From: Gemmatimonadales bacterium
GTDB lineage: Bacteria; Gemmatimonadota; Gemmatimonadetes; Gemmatimonadales; GWC2-71-9
Assembly: GCA_036558125.1 (NCBI GenBank)
Contig: DATBGE010000146.1
Location: 52,222-116,221 of the forward strand
Length of the DNA: 64,000 bases
Reading direction: 5' to 3'
Below the pieces are notes generated by a model. The model was given only the letters and a program-made list of their open reading frames with translations, ran no database searches and was not told where the DNA came from. A program made the translations under genes and the position numbers. Of the stretch, positions 62,723-64,000 are shown one piece after another (position 1 is the first letter of the stretch; every line of letters begins with the position of its first letter).

Positions 62723-62782
62723 GTCTTGCGCGTCTACAGGAGGTAGAAGGCTGCCGTAGTGACGCGGAAAAAGGGTGCTGCG

Positions 62783-63205
62783 ATGAGCGAATTGACGATA
62801 CGAGAAATGGAAAACGGCGAAGAGTTCGCCGAATGGTTCTCCGACCTCACGTTGCGCGAGGAGCAGGAGACGGGTGACAGTGTTCACCTGGAGGAGCGGT
62901 TCCTCGTCCTGAGCAATGAAATCGGGGACTGGATCGGGGGACTCCGCTATTCCATGCGAGGCGGGGTGGCTCATATCCTGGATATCGCGGTAACGCCGGA
63001 AGAGCGGCACCTTGGTCACGGCCACCTCCTGGTTAGCGCCTTCGAGACCCGCGCTCGCGAGTCGGGGGCTCACCTGGCGGAATTCTGGACCGACGACCTC
63101 CGTGACGAGGGCGAGTTCATCCTGACCGGTTGGCACCGCGTGATGAAGCGCGACGAGTACTTTGGCGGTAAGCCTTGGTATCTCATGGAGAAACGGCTGA
63201 GCTAG
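62783..63205 (+). CDS. GNAT-family N-acetyltransferase
   Basis: Acetyl-CoA-binding pattern ILDIAVTPEERHLGHGHLLV. GTG 62759 is an alternative start. Confidence 0.8.
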   Translation: MSELTIREMENGEEFAEWFSDLTLREEQETGDSVHLEERFLVLSNEIGDWIGGLRYSMRGGVAHILDIAVTPEERHLGHGHLLVSAFETRARESGAHLAEFWTDDLRDEGEFILTGWHRVMKRDEYFGGKPWYLMEKRLS

Positions 63206-63354
63206 TGGCTTGATCCGGAACGCGGCGCCGCCCGGGCGCCAGAATTCGACCTTCCCCCCAGCCGACAACTACTCCACATTACAAGCGTTGACCGCGCAGC
63301 CGTGGCCCTCCACGGAGAGTAGCAGTTGTATCGCATCGAACCAGGATTGGACTT

Positions 63355-64000
63355 GTGACCATCACGGCCACCGCCAAGGCTTTCTTCACCAAGGTCGAGG
63401 TACTTCGCGACCTCGAGGCCAAAATCTACGAGCTGATGGATGCCCATGTGCGCAAACGGAACCTCTGGTTCCCAAGCGAGCTCCTGGAGCCACCGCCAGG
63501 TGAATCGGCGGACGATCATGTAGCCATGCTCCGTCGGCGGGCGACCGGCATTCCTGACTCGGCCCGCGCCGCTCTTGCCCTCAATACCCTGACCGAAGAG
63601 GGGCTGCCTCACTTTCACCGGCTGCTCGCGGTACACCTCGGCGAGGATAGCCACTGGCGCCGCTGGAACAACATGTGGACCGCGGAAGAGGACCGGCACG
63701 GCGCGGTACTGCACGACTACATGCGAGACACCCGGATTCTCAACCAGCGGCGTCTCGAAGAAATGCAGTACTCATATCTGGAGAGCGGCTTTCACCCCGA
63801 CTGGGACATGGACCCTTATCGGGTCTTCGTCTACACCACCTTGCAGGAACGGGCTACTCAGGTGTCGCATAGCGGGACCGGACGCGCCGTCGCGGACTAC
63901 GAGCCGCTGCTCAACGAAGTACTCTCGAATGTCGCGCTCGACGAAGCCCGCCACTTCGCGTTCTACCGGACCGTTTTCGAGGAGATCCTGAAACGGGACC
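63355..64000 (+). CDS. Acyl-ACP desaturase (soluble diiron), 3'-truncated by the window edge
   Basis: My translation from GTG 63355 contains the two diiron motifs WTAEEDRHG and LDEARHFAFY. The frame is open to base 64000, and the ORF is not in the track because it has no stop. Confidence 0.85.
   Translation, partial: MTITATAKAFFTKVEVLRDLEAKIYELMDAHVRKRNLWFPSELLEPPPGESADDHVAMLRRRATGIPDSARAALALNTLTEEGLPHFHRLLAVHLGEDSHWRRWNNMWTAEEDRHGAVLHDYMRDTRILNQRRLEEMQYSYLESGFHPDWDMDPYRVFVYTTLQERATQVSHSGTGRAVADYEPLLNEVLSNVALDEARHFAFYRTVFEEILKRD

Noticed and set aside
63202-63714. A 170-aa minus-strand ORF.
   Set aside because: It overlaps the plus-strand acyl-ACP desaturase, which carries both diiron motifs. 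It is an antisense shadow.

Overview
This is a GC-rich (about two-thirds G+C by eye), densely coding bacterial chromosomal segment with diderm hallmarks: TolC, Ccm system I and lipoproteins. I support about 70 protein genes. I found no rRNA or tRNA genes, CRISPR arrays, transposases, integrases or phage genes, so it reads as core chromosome rather than an accessory island. Gene blocks from left to right: (1) a flavoprotein, flavin reductase, SAM-methyltransferase, SRPBCC protein and KAS-II set; (2) aqpZ; (3) STAS, receiver and ccmABC, plus an unlisted ccmD-like ORF; (4) acs, DUF411, kup, VKOR and DsbA; (5) OsmC, a PgsA-like protein, a cNMP-binding protein, an M16 peptidase and a TPR protein; (6) TetR with a TolC-HlyD-MFS efflux system; (7) a PLP decarboxylase, an NtrB/NtrC-type pair and pqqABCDE, including an unlisted 24-codon pqqA; (8) an amidohydrolase, a LuxR-type two-component system, YceI, cysK and P5C dehydrogenase; (9) an HTH-TOBE regulator with modABC; (10) a saccharopine-dehydrogenase-like protein, PAP2, cutA and mgtE; (11) an eight-gene overlapped chemosensory operon with an embedded HEAT-repeat protein; (12) Yip1, YfcC, GNAT and an acyl-ACP desaturase that runs off the right edge. 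No clearly novel protein system such as a defence or toxin module is visible. The most unusual signals are non-coding. First, seven loci carry AT-rich, mostly heptamer-periodic tandem repeats, and most can fold into hairpins. They lie at or within about 35 nt of stop codons, and four contribute the last codons of an ORF. Second, two conserved genes (a flavin reductase and cutA) have no canonical start and appear to begin at CTG inside a CTGA stop-start overlap. Third, there are three sigma-54-type promoter matches; one sits in front of pqqA, downstream of tandem palindromes next to an NtrC-family activator. Fourth, a 445-bp intergenic region is rich in G-tracts and hairpins. All functional calls rest on motif recognition by eye; no database search was run.
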